Positions 60,601 to 64,000 of a stretch of DNA of 64,000 bases are shown one piece after another. The stretch lies in NCBI RefSeq assembly GCF_040869285.1, contig NC_090432.1; one strand, 5' to 3'. Origin of the DNA: Myxine glutinosa (Eukaryota). The notes under the pieces are model-generated. The model was not told where the DNA came from, ran no database searches, and worked only from the letters and a program-made list of their open reading frames with translations. The position numbers and the translations under genes are program-made. Each line of letters begins with the position of its first letter. Position 1 is the stretch's first letter.

Positions 60601-62057
60601 AGATCATCAATTTGGATTCAGACCAGGTCATTCAACTCTGGACATGCTGCTTCTGCTGTCTCAACAATGGATGGAGGTCCTCAATGCCAAACAGGAAATC
60701 AGAGCTGTCTCCCTTGACATATCACGCGCCTTCGATACGGTCTGGCACCCAGCTCTGCACACCAAACTCTCCTCCTATGGTATCCATGGAAATCTCCACG
60801 CATGGCTTGCGGACTTCCTCTCTGGTCGTAGTCAACGTGTGGCCCTGAATGGATTTCTCTCATCTCCCCTTCCTGTTCAGGCTGGAGTCCCCCAAGGCAG
60901 TGTTCTGGGCCCTGTGCTCTTTCTTGTCTTTATGAGTGACGTCTCCGACTCTCTGGAAAATCCTCTATCTCTTTGCTGATGACTCCACTCTCTGCCGCTC
61001 CATTCCTCTTCCCCCAGATCGGCAGTCTGCAGCCTCCTCACTCTCTGAAGACCTGGACAAAATCACAGACTGGTCAAACAAGTGGAACATGTCTTTCAAT
61101 CCTGACAAATCTCACACTCTTACAATGTCTCTCCGAAAGGACCGACTGGAAATCCCTCCCATATACTTTCTCAACAATCCTCTCCAAGAAGTTCTGTCGC
61201 TCATGCTTTTAGGTCTCACTATCTGCCATGATCTTTCTTGGGAAAACCAGATTTCCAAGCTGGCCTCCAAAGCCAGTCGCGACTGGGCATCCTCCGTCGT
61301 GCGAAGGCCTTCCTTGGCACACCTGAGCTCCTCACCACATACAAGGCTTTCATCCGCAGCTCAATGGAATACTGTTCCCCCCTCTGGGGTGGTGCTCCTG
61401 CCTCACACCTAGCTCGGCTTCACGCTGTTGAGGCCAAAGCTTTCAGAATCATTGGAATCTCCTGCGTTGAAGTCAACTCTGAGGGCCTTTCACTCACTCA
61501 CCGCAGGCAGGTTGGTGGTGTTTCTGTCTTCTCCCGACTCCTCTCCGGCCTTGCTCCCCCAGCTCTCTGTGCTCTGTCCCCCCAATATTCCTTCAGGTCG
61601 CACAAGATCTGTCAGCAACCCTATTATGGTTCAACTGCCAAAATCTAGGCTCTCTGCTCACCTTCACTCTTTCATTCCCCTTTTCTCCCACCTCTGGAAC
61701 AAACTCCCACACTCCCTTCAATCCCACTTCTCCCTCCAGGTCTTTAAAACAACTGTTCACCACCATCTCTTATCTTCCCCCATCCAAAACCTTGATCTTT
61801 TCTACCCCCGGTAATTCACCCCAGAGTCCTTGCAGTGTTCATATGTTTTGTACCTCTCCCACCTCCCCCCAAGTCCTCCCGATGTCCCTGCTCTCAAATG
61901 TTGTGTTTGTGTCCTTCCCCCTCTCTCCCCATCTTGTCTGCCGCTCCCCTTGTTTTTTGTGTTTTGTGTGTCGGTTTGACTTTTTGTGTGATTAATGTTA
62001 GCTCTTTCACGAGCCTCGATCTTGTATACAAAACAAAAACAAAAATCCAAAACCTTG
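57690..62057 (+). pseudogene. CR1-clade retrotransposon, copy 3. It is near full length with a 5'UTR and a Pro-rich N-terminus, but its ORF is broken into at least 7 frames. It ends in the family tail at 62000-62057.
   Basis: The serial ORFs 58343..58990, 59063..59320, 59145..59771, 59584..60285, 60191..60979, 60936..61412, 61238..61648 and 61428..61814 are collinear with the 1245-aa ORF. The 5'UTR is similar to 12900-13140. Confidence 0.85.
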
Positions 62058-62357
62058 ATGTTTTCTACCCCCGCTAATTCACCCCAGATCCACTTTGTTT
62101 GAAATTCCAACTTCTTTCCTGGAAGTCCTTGCAGTGTCCATATGTTTTATACCTCTCCCACTCCCCCTTCCCATGCCCTCTCCCTCCCACAGATCTCTCG
62201 ATGTCCCTGCTCTCAAATGTTGTGTTTTGTTTCCTGCCCCCTCTCTCCCCATCTTGTCTACCGCTCCCCATGTTATATGTTGTATGTGTTGGTTTGTCTT
62301 TGTGTGATTAATGTTAGCTCTTTCACGAGCCTCGATCTTGTATGAAAAAAAAAAAAA
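62058..62357 (+). mobile_element. Second, tandem CR1-clade tail fragment (last 300 bp plus A14). It sits immediately downstream of copy 3 and abuts the right inverted-repeat arm.
   Basis: The block aaaaccttgatgttttctacccccgctaattcaccccagatccac...cacgagcctcgatcttgtatg(A)14 duplicates 61785-62057. Confidence 0.8.
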
Positions 62358-62364
62358 CTAATTC

Positions 62365-64000
62365 GAGCCCATCGTTATTTCAATACAACAAAAGAAGACA
62401 TGAGTTCATTTATGATCATCACAGTTTTCAAATGATTCAATATTTACATTGCAGAATGCATGGGAAGGGTATTTCGGAGCATGAATATATTGTTAACGAT
62501 TTTAGAATATCCTCTTTTGGTGAATTTAATTTAATTAAAAGGTTATTTGAAAACATTGTGAGAGATTTATTTAATTAAACAAGAAATATTAATTCAGCGG
62601 TGAGTAAAAACTTTTGCTTTGTAGTAGTTTTAAACATTGTTTAAACTATAGCTACACGTACTTCAACTGAGATTGAATGTTTAAAAATCACGTGAGTACA
62701 AATATTTTTGTAAAGACGTCCATCAGTAGTCAGTAAACTCGGACCTACCTTGCTTTTCCTTGTTTCTTGTAGTCTTGCGCTTGAAGAACAACTCCGACAA
62801 AGTTTCCGAGTTGATGACTGTAAAGTTTCACTTCTTCCCACGATCACCAATGCGCATTGCAGGGTATTCATGAGTAGAGAGGAACGTGCGTGTAGCGTCG
62901 AAATCCATCATTGAAGATCGAGTGGAATAAATATTAGCCGCTTCATACTTATGTAGAATTACAGATGAAAATACCCCCGTCCCTTCTCCAACAGACATAT
63001 CCCGCCCCCCCCCCCCCCCCCCCCCTTGTCAAGACCTCGATTGAGATACTAACTGTGAGAACAACACTCCAGGAAATCGCGTACTCATGTTGTCTGAAAG
63101 AACACCAACTTCGCCAATGATCATGGTTTGTAAGATATGGTATAGTTTGTAAGCAAAAGATATAGGAAGCATGCAATTCACGTTATCATTGACAATGAGT
63201 ATAAAGTGATCGGCAAACTGTCAGAACATCCGAATTAACTTGTAGCAAAAGTGGACCCAGTCTACCCTGGATCATACTCGATCCAATTAAGGATTAAATC
63301 TCAGTGCATGAATGATGGTGTATGCATGGAAGATGAATATCATACATTCATGATCTGTCCATTGTATAGCCAAAGTGCAGTCAAGTCAAAGTTTATTCCA
63401 TGAAACCCCTCACATTGCTTCATGGAAATAAGTTAAATTCATGAATATAAATGGCCGCACAAGAAGGTTTGTAACCTCATTAAAAATGCATCCATTCGAT
63501 TCAATAACAGCACAATGAGTACGATCTATTTTGTACACCCATGGGAACACTACATGTGCTCTGGCCAATATACTTAGTTCGATTCTTGGATTCTTATCGA
63601 AATGATTTAACAATATTTATTTCCACAAATGTGCAGTGCGAATATGTCAATGAAATACAAATGAATGGAATGAGCACTGAAACATTGGGACGTTTACAGT
63701 ACGGAAATGCAATAAGTATTGTTGGTGTTGAGTTCAGACATCGTCATTTAACATCGCTTAAATCTATTAGATTAGACTTTATTTTGTGAAATTTGTGAAT
63801 ATTATTATACTATACATTCATATATCCAGTTCTCGGAACTGCTCAGAAGCGCTCGTTTCCTGGTTATCGGTACCTGAACACACCTTTGCCAATATACAAA
63901 CATTTGAGTAACATTTAAAACCCGTATTTGATATTTCGTAAAAGTGCAGTAAAGTTATAGAACGTAACTTAAAATGACATTATGTGTTGAAATGAAAATA
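62365..64000 (-). repeat. Right arm of the long inverted repeat. It is cut off by the end of the window.
   Basis: See 49405-51038. Confidence 0.9.

Overview
This window is eukaryotic (metazoan) nuclear DNA. I found no prokaryotic operons or CRISPR arrays. The one clear host gene is a casein kinase II alpha catalytic subunit (CK2alpha/CSNK2A1 orthologue) on the + strand. Ten coding exons lie between 949 and 16645, the translation is about 90% identical to vertebrate CK2alpha over 336 aa, and the C-terminal exon is not resolved. The start codon sits in a GC-rich, CpG-island-like promoter region. Two consecutive introns use GC-AG splicing with the same AAG|GCAAG donor. The introns and the remaining 47 kb are dominated by transposable elements.

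The CR1-clade non-LTR retrotransposon family is the main one. One antisense copy in CK2 intron 4 looks full length and intact, with a single 1245-aa endonuclease plus reverse-transcriptase ORF and a poly(A) tail. There are at least seven further 5'-truncated, frameshifted or tail-only copies. All share the 3' tail ...TTAATGTTAGCTCTT(T/A)CACGAGCCTCGATCTTGTATAC(A)n.

Other mobile elements:
- an L2-clade LINE with an 843-aa ORF
- an RTE-clade fragment nested in another repeat, with a visible target-site duplication
- a tRNA-derived SINE family (three copies, one with a 17-bp TSD) whose tail resembles the RTE 3' end
- a degenerate Tc1/mariner transposase
- a degenerate LINE reverse-transcriptase fragment

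The region also holds several non-LINE repeats, listed under features.

The most unusual structure lies in the 3' third of the window. There, a >=1.6 kb inverted repeat at about 98% identity (49.4-51.0 kb versus 62.4-64.0 kb, probably extending past the window) encloses a second 0.63-kb inverted repeat. Oppositely oriented arrays of a 20-bp tandem motif flank it, and an L2 copy and a CR1-like copy sit exactly at the inner arm boundaries.
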